From the NCBI GenBank assembly GCA_030390025.1, contig JASTWF010000042.1, forward strand, positions 434,001 through 498,000: a stretch of DNA of 64,000 nucleotides, read 5' to 3'. Below the pieces are notes generated by a model. The model saw nothing but the letters and a program-made list of their open reading frames with translations, was not told the origin of the DNA and did not search any database. Position numbers and translations under genes: made by a program. Shown here piece by piece: positions 51,290 to 63,207 of this stretch (position 1 is its first letter; each line of letters opens with the position of its first letter). Source of the stretch: Squalus acanthias. Its lineage: Eukaryota.

Positions 51290-51720
51290 ATAGAAACATA
51301 GAAACATAGAATCTAGGAGCAGGAGAAGGCCATTCGGCCCATCGAGCCTGCTCCACCATTCAATACGATCATGGCTGATCATCCAAATCCCTGTCCCCTG
51401 CTTTAATCCCCACAGTACACATATCCCACCCTACCCCCGTAACCCCACGTATTTAATTCCCCCTAACATATCCCATCCTATCCCCATAACCCCACATATT
51501 TAATCCCCCCCTAACACTAAGGGTCAATTTATCATAGCCAAATCAACCTAACCCGCACATTTTTGGACTGTGGGAGGAAACCGGAGCACCCGGAGGAAAC
51601 CCACGCAGACACGGGGAGAATGTGCAAACTCCACACAGACAGTCACCCGAGGTCAGATTCGAACCCGGGTCCCTGGCGCTGTGAAGCACCAGTGCTAACC
51701 ACTATGCCACCGTGTTGCCC
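51290..51720 (-). mobile_element. HE1-type V-SINE
   Basis: tRNA-derived head GGGCAACACGGTGGCATAGTGGTTAGCAC...GGTTCGAAT, V-domain-like core (CCGGAGCACCCGGAGGAAACCCACGCAGAC) and a CR1-type tail. Confidence 0.85.
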
Positions 51721-52127
51721 CCTCATCATGTACAGTTGTTTAAAACAGGCGATGGCTCATCGATAGCCCGTTTTACACATCGCCGGATTTTAGCTCCCAT
51801 TGCCTACAATAGAATCAGAAATCGGGCGTGTGTGAAACGGGAGGCCGATTCGCTTTCGCCAGTTTTGCGCTGCCGCCCGTGAGGATTTCCAGCCCCTTAT
51901 CTCCAATAACGCCCTTTGCCGGTAATAGATTCACAGCGGGTGACTGCAGGGCCCAGTGTTACAGGGATCCTGTCTAGAGTTGAGCAATAGAATCAAAACC
52001 CGTTCGGTTTTCTTCCTCTCTCCTAATATTAAAGCATTCATTTTGTTACAGTGATTAAAGCATGATTTCCTAAACATATCAAAAGCTTGAAAAATCATAG
52101 AAAAAACCTCTGCCCTCTGTCATTCAC

Positions 52128-52421
52128 CTACTACAGAGATCGTCACAGGCTCGCTGTGATGAGATTCTAACCGCCTTCCATTGACGGAGGTTCCATATCG
52201 GCACTGGTACCGCCTTCCTTGTTCTTTACTGGTAACCGGGAATGTTCTAAAGTTGTCCTTGGTGATGATTTGCTCGGTGTACAGCCATTGATTATCTTTG
52301 TAAAAGTAAAAGGTTTTATCGCGATTCTCTCCAGTCACGGTGCATGTTATGGTGACCGCCTCTCCTACTACATACACCCCAGTCGGTTGATCAAGAGACA
52401 TCACTGGCGCTGTTAGCGGAT
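52128..52421 (-). CDS. Intact Ig-domain exon (98 codons, phase 1-1)
   Basis: AG and GT splice sites; DPLTAPVMSLDQPTGVYVVGEAVTITCTVTG...GRRYQCRYG...SEPVTISVV. Confidence 0.7.
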
Positions 52422-53129
52422 CTGAGGTAAAATAAATAGAAAGTACAATGAGAAATGGTTCTGCGAATTTTCATGTGCAGTGCAAGGTTGGGAACTCAAT
52501 GGTGATTGTGCGGTGTTGAAGCGCATTTTCACATCGGATACAGAGATTCCACAAAAGGGGAGCTCGGGATTTGATTACAAAGAAACAGTGAAAGACTTGC
52601 ATTTCTATAGCGCCTTTCATGACCTCGCGACCGACCGACGATGAAGGAGCTGCGATATATGTCCAAGTCAGAAAGGTGTGTGACGTGAGGGAAACTTGGA
52701 GCTGGTGGTGTTCCCATGCGCCTGTTGCCCTTGTCGTTCTAGATGATGGAAATCGCGGGATTGGGAGATGCTGCCGAAGAAGCCTTGACGAGTTGCTGCA
52801 GTGCATCTGGTAGATGATGCACACTGCAGCCATGGACATGTACATCTCTCTGCTCATCCACAGCTCCTAACTTCTCGCCATTTAGAAAATACACAGATCT
52901 ATTTTTTTAATGTACAAAGTGGCTGACCTCACACTTTCCCACATTGAACTCCATTAGCCAGACTTACAGGATCCTGTCTAGAGTTGAGCAATAAGATCAA
53001 AATCCATTCGGTTATCTTTCTCTCTCCTAATATTAAACCATTCATTTTGTACATTGATTAAAGCATGATTTTACAAAAATACCAAGATCGATGAAAAAAA
53101 CATGAAAATCTCTGGTCCCTGTCACTCAC

Positions 53130-53423
53130 CTGCTACAGTGACCGTCACAGACTCGCTGCGATGAGATTCTAACCGTCTTCCACTGACGGAGGTTCCATAT
53201 CGGCACTGGTACCTCCCTCCTTGGTCTTTGCTGGTAACCGGGAATGTTCTAATATTGTCCATTGTGATGATTTGCTCGGAGTACAGCCAATCATTATCTT
53301 TGTAAAAGTGGAATGTTTTATCGCGATAATCTCCGGTCACCGTGCAGGTAATGGTGACAGTCTCTCCTACTACATACACCCCAGTCGGTTGATCAAGAGA
53401 TATCACTGGTGCTGTTAGCGGAT
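53130..53423 (-). CDS. Intact Ig-domain exon (98 codons, phase 1-1)
   Basis: AG and GTGAGT splice sites; DPLTAPVISLDQPTGVYVVGETVTITCTVTG...GGRYQCRYG...SESVTVTVA. Confidence 0.7.
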
Positions 53424-54168
53424 CTGTGGTAACATAAATAGAAAATACAACGGGAAATGGATGTGCGGATTTCCATTTACAGTGCAAGGTTGGGAACTCA
53501 ATGATGATTGTGCGGTGTTGAAGCGCAGTTTCGCATCGGATACAGAGATTCCACAAAAGACGAGTTCGGGATTTGATTACAAAAAAACAAATAAATACTT
53601 GCATTTCTATAGCGCCTTTCATGACCTCGGGACGTCCCAAAGCCCTTTACAGCCAATGTAGTACTTTTCAAGTTTAGTCGCTGTTGTAATGTAGGAAATC
53701 AAATGGCGGAGCCAAAGAGCCTAAATCAGCTCGAGTTCTCTGTCCAAAGTCCGGTTTTAGGCCCGAGATTTTCCTCTGAGATACGAGCGGAAGAAAGAAA
53801 TGGTGGCTTTGAAATCCCCAGTGCTGCTAATGTAGTCCAGCTTTCGAGTTTGTGAAATTCTGCCGAGATGCAATGCAGAGAGAGATATGAAAACTCACAA
53901 TGTAATTAGATTAAATATCCTGCATAACAGGATCATTTTGATAGTCTCGGCACGCAGATGCTGTTCTTTGACAGAGAAACCTGTAATTTGTCAAGGCCAG
54001 TCATGCTGGAGAGCTTCTTGAACTGACGCTACATTCTGTGGAGTTAAATCCCTGGCGCCGTGCTGTCATTGTGGCACTAAACGTTGATAGTTCAATCATG
54101 TAAGGGATAAAACATGTCTTAGTCCGTCCTTGAAGCATGTGGTCTCCATTCGATTTTACACACATAAT

Positions 54169-54835
54169 GGCCCGTATTTTCCGATCGGAGGCTTCCTGCG
54201 TGCGGTGGCGTCCATCTGGAAAATTTGCGGATTACCTGAGGGCTCCCGAGGTGCGTACACCTCCGCTCCTGGGGCTCTCCAAACTCGAACTGTGCAGGGC
54301 CCACGTTCCCAAGAGGAGCATGCAGATCGCAAGCGTCCCTGAGATCATGTGGCCCGTGGGGAGCCAATAGGAGAAGGAATCTCCCTTCATACACTTGATA
54401 GACAGTCCTGTCAAATATATCAATGGAGCTCACCTCAAGAAAATGTTAAACATACTTTTTTTAAAACTAACACGTTTTTAAAATGAGTTGAAATTACAAT
54501 AAAGTAAATATTTTAAACAAAACATATTTTTTTTTGAAAAGAATAATTAAAGTTTTTTACGGGGCTAAAAATAAACTTACCTTTATTAAAATTATTTTTA
54601 AATTATGAATGTGTGAAACATTTTTTTTTACATTTTTCAACTCTTTTGCTGGTAGAACCCGGCCTTACGCCTGCTTCTACCAGGAGTAAGATTCATAGGT
54701 TTTCTCCGGGCGTAGGTTCTCCAGAAAGCGGAACTATCCGCCCGCAGAGGCCCTTCTCTAGGGCAGGTATTTCCGATGTCCCTATGGCGTTGTACACAGC
54801 TCGTACTCACCCGTAGGCATCGGAATATAAGGCCC
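54169..54835. mobile_element. Second Harbinger-type MITE
   Basis: TIRs GGCCCGTATTTTCCGAT and ATCGGAATATAAGGCCC with 3-bp flanks AAT and ACT. It shares GGCTTCCTGCG and GTACTCACCCGTA motifs with the 32443 MITE. Confidence 0.7.
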
Positions 54836-55219
54836 ACTGAAGTGGAAAACGAAGTCAGGCGGGGAACAAAACGGGCAGCGGAATCGCTATCAACCATTTT
54901 TGTGATACCGCAGGAGATACATTTCATTCTCATTTTCATTACGTGAGAGACAAGCAAAGATACTGTATCACTTGGCTCTGAGTTAATTTGCCGCTCTAAC
55001 ATTCTTTCCTCATACACACAGGAGTAACCTTCTGACCCGGTCCCCACAAGGTCCGTGATGTCAAAGGTGACCGCGGATTCCCATGAATTGGCTGTGTCAA
55101 TTTTGATTGGTTCATTTTTACCTCCTCTGTAGAAATAGAACATGCTCCCTGAATATGGAGACCGGGCTCCACAGGTAATTTGTCAGGATGCATCGCCTTC
55201 GTAAACACCGATAAAAAGT

Positions 55220-58030
55220 ACTAATTGAGTATTTTAAACTTGCCCTGCGCCTCTAAGCATATATCACCTTCTTTCTCTGTAATAGGCGCCAACCTGCCTC
55301 TTACTACTTTAACTGTTTACATGCCGGTAGAAAAATTTTGGGTTCCTTTTTATTTTAACCGAAATTCTACTCTCAGATTCTCTCTTTGCCAATCTTATTT
55401 TCATCTTCACTTCGCCTCTGAACTTAAGGTATTTGCTTGGTTCTCCCTTGAAGAATTCACCTGACATGCATCATACACCGTCTTTTTTGTTTCATCATCT
55501 TCTCTATCTCCCTCATCATCCAAGAAGCCCTTGCTTTGGTTCCCTTACCCTTCCCTCTTGTTGGAATCTACCTAGCCTGTACTTGAAACATCTCTTACTT
55601 AATATCACCAATTGTTCCGTCACAGTTTTTGCTGTCAGTCTTTGATTCTATTTATACCCTGGCTAGATCGCTTCGCATCCCATTGAAGATAGCACTATTC
55701 CAGTTTCAAAGTTCCACTCTAGATTGTTCATTGCAGCTCTCAATTGCTTATGTACGTTTTATTATACAATGATCACTCGTACCAAGTGTTCTCCAAAAGA
55801 TACTTGGTCTACCTGGTCCACCTCATTCACCAGCACCAGATCCAGGAAAGCCTCCTTCCTAGTTTGTCCAAGAACATACTGGTCAAGTAAATTCTCCTGA
55901 ACACATTTCAGAAATTCCTCCCCCTCCTTTCCCTTTACCCTAGCATTAACCCAATCGATATTTCGGTAATCCAGGTCCCCCAATATCACAATTCGATAGC
56001 TCGTGCACATCTCTGCGATTTCCTCGTAGATTTGCTACTCTACCTCGCTCTCACTATTTAGAGGCCTGTAGAATACCCGCAACAGCTTGATCATACCATT
56101 TTTGCTGCTCAACTCTATACAAATGGATTATGTCCTTGTTCCCTCAAGAACATCCTCACTTTCCAAAACTACAATGTCTTCCTTAAACAGCGCTACCACC
56201 CCGCCCGCCTTTTTCGTTCCCTATCTTTTCTGAACACATTGTAAACTTGAATACTATAGAGTCACAGTAAAGAGTTATACAGCGCAGAAAGAGGCCCTTC
56301 GTCCCATCCTGTCCGCACAGGCCATCAAGCCCTGTCTATTCTAATCCTATTTCCAACAATTGGTCCGTAGCAATTTATGCTATAGCGTTTCAGGTGCTCA
56401 TCTAAATGCTTCTTTATTGTTGTGAGTGTTCCTCCCTCTACCATTCTTTCAGGCAGTGAGTTCCAGAATCCAACCACCCTCTGGGCGAAAAAGATTTTTC
56501 TCAAATCCCCATTAAACCTCCTGCATGTGCACAGTCCTCACCGTTTTAAGCCATGTTTCCGTTCTTAACACAACACCATATTGCTACACGGCTAATTTTG
56601 CTTGTAGCTCACCAACCTTATTCAACAAACGTTGTGCATTTACTCACATGCATTCTAAACACATTTTTAAATTTTTAGCAGTCTTTCTTACTCTGCTCCT
56701 ATCTAATGTGCTTCTAATACCGCCTCTAGTACTATCTTCTCTAGTACTATCCAACATACTTACACTTTTATGCACCTGCCTTCTCTTTTCTGCTCATATA
56801 TGCTGGTGCCCAGCCCCCTGCCAAACTAGTTTAAACCCTCCCCAATAAGCACTAGCAAACCTCCACGCGAGAATATTGTTCCCGGCACTGTTGAGGTTTA
56901 ACCCGTCCGGCTTGTACAGGTCCCACATTCCCCAGAAACGGTCCAATGCCTCAGGAAGCTAAAGCCGTCCCTCCTGCACTATCTCTCCAGCCATGTATTT
57001 ATCTGTGCTATCCTCCTATTCCTGTACTCAGTAGCACGGTGCACCGGGAGTAATCCTGAGATTATAACCTTTGAGATCCTTCTTCTTAATCTCTCTCCGA
57101 GCTCCCTAAACTCTGCCTGCAGGACCTCATCCTTCTTTCTGTCTATGTCATTGATACCAAAATGGAGAAGGAGCTCTTGCTGTTTACCCTCCCCCCTCAG
57201 AGTGTTCTGCAGCCGTTCAGTGTCAACCTTGACACAGGCACCAGGGAGGCAACATATCATCCTGGAGTCACAGCTGCGGCCGCAGAAACGTCTTTCTCCT
57301 CCCCTAACTATCGAATCCGCTGGCACTATTGCTCTTCAAATCTTCTTCCTCCCCACCTGTGCAGCTGCACGAACCATAGTGCTGTGGACTTGTCTCTGGC
57401 TACACTCTCCAAAGGAACCATTGTCCTCACCAGTACTCAGAACAGATTACTGTTTGGAGAGCGCAATGCACTCCGGGGATTCCGGCACTACCTGCCTTGT
57501 CCTCTTCTTCTGTCTAGCCGTCACCCATACCCTCTCTGCCTGCACACTGTTAAGCTGCGGCGTGACCAACTCCCGAAACGTGCTATCCACATAATTCTCA
57601 GCCCGGCCGATGCACCACAGTAACTCCAGCCGCCGCTCAAATTGGAGTTTCTGCAGCCGACGACACTTCCTGCACATGTGGTCGTCCAGGCTACGCGAAG
57701 CGTCCAGGACTTCCCACATCGCGCTGGATGTGCACTCCACGGAACCGTGCTGCCTTGCCATGCCTCTAGTTGTTAAATGAAGTGTTTGGGTTAACCCACT
57801 TCCCTTAGTGAAAGACTAAAAGGCTAAAAACAAAAAAAAATGTTGAAGCTCAAAAAGAAATAAACTTAAAAAAAAACACACTCACCAGCAACGCACCAAT
57901 CAGCTCCTTCCCTAGTGCCGACGTCACTTCTTTCACCCTGACGTCACTCTTTTGAATGTTGCCTCTCAGGTCCCGCTGCCGCTCACACGCAGGACCGCCT
58001 CCCCCGGAGTTGGGCCTCCTCTCAAATGGT
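55220..58030 (-). mobile_element. CR1 LINE 5' half (5'UTR, ORF1 zinc finger and esterase, ORF2 endonuclease) with a nested CR1 tail at ~56260-56525
   Basis: ORF 57447-57761 (C..MWE...CRKC), ORF 56979-57326 (CCLPGA, HFGINDI, ISGLLP) and ORF 55762-56010 (ILGDLDY, FLKCVQEN). Confidence 0.85.
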
Positions 58031-58531
58031 TCAAACTGGGTGTATAAATCTGAGACGTAATGGCCCAGAAATTAGAGTTCGATGCTTGCCGCGGGGGTAA
58101 GGATCCGGCGCGGTATTACATACCGCGTCTGCTGTTTTCCATTTCCCCCGCAGGAACTTCGTGCTTTCTGAGCTGCACTGCAGGGCAGCGTCTGACATCA
58201 CACCGCCCTGCAGCGCAGCGTGCGCGTTTCATCGCGTGCGGTGGGCAGTGAAGACACGCCCTGGAAGGTCGCATTACCATAGGCCACAACCACAATTTTT
58301 CTTCACTTCAAGCTAGTTTCAAAGCAGCTTCACAGAGATTTCTACCGAAGGGGTACCTTGCAATAAAAGTAAGTTGCATTTAAATGCATGTTTTGAAAAC
58401 TTTTGAAGATTTTTAGATGAATTGGAATAATTTTAAAAAGATGTAAAGAGATTTGAAGTAATTTAAATAGTTTTAAAAGCCCTGAAATCATTTTTTTCAT
58501 TCATTTTACTTTATTTAATCAGCAAACGGAA

Positions 58532-60162
58532 ATGGCTGCAATGAGCAATATTCAATTTATCAAAAGAACTCAAAATTTCAGTGATGATGATCTCCGCACA
58601 CTCCTCGACGAGGTTGAAGCGAAGCAAGTAAGGGTCATTGGAACTGAGAAATCCAACCCCCCTCGAAAAGGCCAAATGTTAGCTTGGAAAGAGGTTGCGC
58701 AAATTGTGAGCGCAAACTCGACCATTCCACCTACAGCAGAACAATGTCGCAAGAAATTCAGTGATTTATTGCGAACTCTCAAAGTTTGTATAGTTATAAC
58801 AAAAGTCAATGTTAAAATGTCTTTAAATTGAACTGAAATACTTTTAAATAGTGTTTGTTTACTCAACTGAGTTAACTGAAGTCACAAGATGCTGCCATAA
58901 ATTTTTATGGCTTTTGGGGCCAGGTTAGGGTCATAAAATGGTGCTGTTATCTTGATTCCATCTGCTTTGAGTTGTTTAGTGAGTTAACTGTGTGAGTGCC
59001 AATGTACTTTGGGTGTAAAAACCCTTACATTTCATGTTTTAATTTTAGACTAAAACTGCTGACAACGCCAGAGAACGTGCACTGACAGGCGGTGGTGTTG
59101 TCACGTTAAGGGCTTTAACCGAATATGAGGAAAGGCTCGAGCATCTATTTGGATTTCTTAGCGGCTGCCCCTTTGAAGCTGAACAAATCGACACAGATGA
59201 TGTGTGCTGAATATCAGCTTCTTAAATGTGGCACATCATGCTTTACCTTTGCTAATCTTTGCTGTTTCCTATCCATAGGTTTACAGCAGACTTCTCACTC
59301 GCGGGATGAGCAGTGCGTTGAGTCTGAAGCCGAAGATGTCATTGGTGAAGCGCATGTTGAGCCAATGGGAGCTGCGAGTGAGGTGGTGTTGGAGGAGCAA
59401 GAGGAAATTGTTACTGTACTGGAAGTGGAGGCTCTGGAATCTGGGTTGCTGGAGAGGTCCTCTCCATCTCCTGTCCCCTCTGGCTCTGTGCCAGACAGAC
59501 AGCAGCTTGATACTGCAGTGCATGTGGGAGAAACAGATATACATGCAACAGAACAGGAGTTACAAGGTCACATCCACCATCTTGAACGGTTGAGACAATC
59601 GATGTGTTCTCTTACAGAGAAACAAGTTGAGTGTCTTGCCTCGGTCAAGCAGGGAATGGATTCTATGTGCATGTCATTTAATCAAATGAATGAGTCTCTC
59701 ATTGGACTCTTTCAGACACAAAATGTGGAAATGGAGCTTCATAAAATAAATGAGTCACTCAATTGACTCTTGCAGAAACCAGATTTGGGAATAGAGCTTA
59801 ATAAAATAAATGAGCCTCTTGTTGGACTCTTGCAGAAACCAGATTTGGGAATGGAGCTTCATAAAATGAATGAGTCTCTTTTTGGACTCTTGCATATGCT
59901 TCAACCAATTTCTGCTGCCATTACTGTGACTCCCGCAGAACCACCCTTACCTGCTCCCAGCGCAGAAACAGTGCAGGTCCAAGAGCCAGCTGCTGCGCCT
60001 GTGGTGATGCAAGCAAACATTGCCTTGCAGCAGCAGCAGCAGCAGCAGCAGCAACCCTGTCTGGTGGCAATTGCTGAAGGGCAAGAGACGGCAAACAGGG
60101 CCCTTTCAAGTCGCAGCACAGGGCACCGTTCACGGGGAGCGGGAAAGCGCAATAGACGTTAG
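58532..60162 (+). pseudogene. Harbinger Myb/SANT-like DNA-binding gene, 3 exons (58532-58783, 59049-~59202, 59279-60162)
   Basis: KRTQNFSDDDLRTLLDEV...WKEVA..V......TAEQCRKKFSDL; exon 2 contains ERALTGGG. Premature TGA at 59764-59766, and the second donor site appears damaged. Confidence 0.85.
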
Positions 60163-60694
60163 GGTGTCACATTTTCCACAATGCACATCCATTGACCCTC
60201 AGGCATAGTTTCGAGTGGGTAAATCTTTCAATTGTTTAATTTTTCGTTTTAGTTAAAAGTAACATGTTTTCATTGTTTTTTTTATTGAAATATATATTTG
60301 TCACTGAAAGTGTATGTAACCTTTTCATTGAAAAAGTACAGCCTCTATTCACTTTTAAAAAATTCAAATCGTTTATTTGCAAAAATAATTTAACATTAAA
60401 AATGTTTTACATTTAGGAAAGAGTTATTTTCCATCTTGAATGTCTTTATTGCAGTAACAAACCAAAAAAGTCACTGTAAACTGTTTACAAATTTTATTCT
60501 AACCTATTTATGATTACGAATCTTTGCAAAGCTGAAAAGTAGCTAGTTAACATTGAAAAGTTATAAACTGTGTACATCAATACTGAACCTCAAGTCTATA
60601 ATGCTGCAATAAAAGAGCACTGTTTCACTTTAAATTGTGTCTGTTCCTTTCTTTGCCTTGCTGGGGGAGGGGGAGGGGGAGGTACAAGGCGACA

Positions 60695-61843
60695 CTACCT
60701 CGTGAAGGTGTTGGCTACCAGCTGCTCCCGAACAGCCTTACTTTCAGCAGCACTTGGCTCGTCCCCATCAGGCCTTCCCACAGGCACATTGGCATTGTCC
60801 ACGTCCTCCATTTCTGCAGGTAGTTCCTCTGCAACGTTAAGGGTCAGTCCTTCCCGCAGGGCAAAGTTATGCAAAGCACAACAGGCCGCCACAATCTTTG
60901 CCACTTTCAGAGGAGAATACTGCAAGGTCCCCCCTGACCTGTCCAGGCACCGGAAGCGTGATTTCAGAACTCCGATTGTCCTCTCCACCACTTGCCATGT
61001 GGACACGTGTGCCTGGTTGTATCTCTCCTGAGCCTCATTATTGGTCTTGCGGTAGGGAGTCATCAGCCATGGTCTTTGCGGGTAGCCCTTGTCGCCCAAT
61101 ATCCATGCGGATCCTGGAGGCAATGCGTTGAGGGCGACATATAAGTTCGAGTTACGGAGGACGAAGGAGTCATGTTTACTTCCCCGGTTACTTGCATTCA
61201 CATTTAGGATCCTGAGATGCGCATCACAGACAATCTGGACATTCAATGAATGAAACCCCTTCCTGTTGATAAATATCACAGATGCATCCACTGGTGCCTT
61301 CAATGCAACATGGGTTCCATCGACGGCCCCAATCACATTGGGGAATCCAGCAATGTTATGAAATGCAAGGGCCATCTCCTTTTGATGGCAAGCGGACAAG
61401 TCATAGTTAATGAACTCTGAAGCCCAACGGAAAATGGCTTCTGTGACCTGGTGAATGCAGGCCCTCGCAGTATTCTTGGATGTGTTGGTAATGTCACCGG
61501 TGCTTGCCTGAAATGTCGCACTTGCAAAGAAGTTCAGTGCTGTGGTTACCTTCATGCTCACTGACAATGCAGTGCGGGACTTCGAGCGTGTTTGAAGGTC
61601 CTCCTTTAACAAGTCACAGATTTGGCCGATTGACTCTTTACTGAAGCGCAGCCTCCTAACACACAACTCCTCCGACAGCATCTCAAATGACAGCCTCTCC
61701 CTGTACACTCTATTTGGTGGGTAGTAGTTTCTCCTTCTCAGGAGGAGACGGGCTTAGTTCCTCCGTCTGTCTTGTCGCCTGGCGTCTAAAATTCTCTGAT
61801 ACAAAATCCCACAGAGGAACAGGATTTGATTCTGAAAGGGCAT
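60695..61843 (-). pseudogene. Harbinger (HARBI1-like) DDE transposase, 382 codons with one premature stop
   Basis: In-frame ATG at 61843 and TAA at 61754-61756. Catalytic motifs GAVDGTH, ILGDKGY and VVERTIG are present, plus NRKGFHSLNVQ and CCALHN. Confidence 0.92.
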
Positions 61844-62680
61844 CTTTCTCCCTCACAGGCTTCCTCTTCAAACAGAAAGTTGCAATGAAAAAAATGGAAA
61901 TAGTTGTTAAAGTAACTTAAGTAAAGTGAGTGCCTATAAAATCAGGTCGGGCTATGGTGGGAAACGTGCGCTATCGGATTGGGAACACGTCGACCCGCCT
62001 CACGGCCCGAGATGATTTTACAGAACTGTAACATTTTCATAAATTAATGCATACATACATACTTACTTAGACGAATATAATTGATGATCATTTTCTTTTT
62101 TTAAACTTTTTCAAATGTAAGTAGTTCATTTTTAAACAGTCATTTTCACATTTAAGATAGAAACCTTAATCAATATGCCTTGTACACATCCACAGTTGCT
62201 ATACTACTCCAAATGGTCAAAACCCGTTTTTAAACTTTTTTTAAAATTGTAAACTTACCTCAGACTTAATTAAATAAACTTTGCTGGCTTTCAGATTGAC
62301 AAAAGCTCACTTTAGTAGCCCCACTGCTGAAACATTTCTTCCTCCTGCTGTCTCCGGAGCTATCGAAAATGGCTTAATCCTGCTTGTTACATGTGTAATT
62401 GCTAGGAGCGAACACACACTTCCACCATTGATAAAAAAAATCCAAGTTCTTTGCGCACGCGGAGACTCTCCGGCGCACGCGATTCCACGGACATACCTTT
62501 AAGTGAAGCCACCGGAAGTGACGGTTTCCCGCGCATGCGCAGTGCATACATGAAACCGGCACTTCGGGACCTAATACGCGAGAGTACACAGTGCGTACTC
62601 TCCCGTATTAGGTCGAATTTTCGGGCCAAGGACTCCATTTTTACACAACAGACAAGTTTGCAAAAATTAAAAGCGGCTCA

Positions 62681-62756
62681 TGTCCCTGGGTGTGCTCGAA
62701 CCACCAACCTTTACAGTTAAGTAGCCGAACGCGCTGGCCCATTGCGCCACAGAGAC
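62681..62756 (-). pseudogene. tRNA-Asn-body gene with an 8-nt anticodon loop (CTACTTAA)
   Basis: Reverse complement: GTCTCTGTGGCGCAATGGGCCAGCGCGTTCGGCTACTTAACTGTAAAGGTTGGTGGTTCGAGCACACCCAGGGACA. Confidence 0.8.
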
Positions 62757-62883
62757 AGTTAATGAAACCCTTGCAATTCGAATTATTGCACAGGAACCCA
62801 AGTGATGAAACACCAGAGAGTTCAGACCAGAGGGACCGATTTTGCAGCACATGAGAAGCTGCGTGGGCCAATCGACCGCCGGG

Positions 62884-62965
62884 GTAGTCGTGCCCGAGTG
62901 GTTAAGGCGATGGACTCGAAATCTATTGGGGTTTCCCCGCTCATGTTCGAATCTTGCCGACTACG
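62884..62965 (+). tRNA. tRNA-Ser(CGA), best-preserved copy (A-box and T-stem mismatches)
   Basis: GTAGTCGTGCCCGAGTGGTTAAGGCGATGGACTCGAAATCTATTGGGGTTTCCCCGCTCATGTTCGAATCTTGCCGACTACG. Confidence 0.8.
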
Positions 62966-63207
62966 GAAATTATGACGTCGTCCCAAAGGACCCGTTTTTA
63001 CTTCATTTTAACTGCTGGCTTTCGGTTCTGTGCTGAGACACATTCAAAGCGACAGTCAGACAACGATTCTTTGCAGAAAGTAAAACAAGCACGTCACCTC
63101 TTTATTACATCACGGCATCAGGAGATGCCAAGGCCGCATGAGAAACACTTCATTGCTCTTGAAACCGTGAAAGCAATTTTAACCGTTGAAAATATTTTTT
63201 TTGCAAC

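Larger units (their letters stand above)
46465..55215 (-). pseudogene. Multi-exon Ig-superfamily receptor gene (LRC/A1BG/Fc-receptor-like C2-type domains), partly decayed
   Basis: Phase-1 Ig exons: ~54943-55215 (stop, 5' cut by CR1), 53130-53423 and 52128-52421 (intact), 49746-50035 (frameshift), 47559-~47655 (remnant), 46465-~46765 (frameshift). Motifs: P.ISLD...GE.VTITC...F.FYK...GGRYQC.Y....S..S..VT. Confidence 0.8.
58062..62627. mobile_element. Full-length-type PIF/Harbinger DNA transposon with two convergent genes
   Basis: TIRs GGCCCAGAAATT and AATTTTCGGGCC; Myb/SANT-like gene on the plus strand, DDE transposase on the minus strand. Confidence 0.9.

Noticed and set aside
60695-61843. 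Domesticated HARBI1/NAIF1 host genes
   Set aside because: TIRs, related MITEs and nonsense codons indicate a transposon copy.
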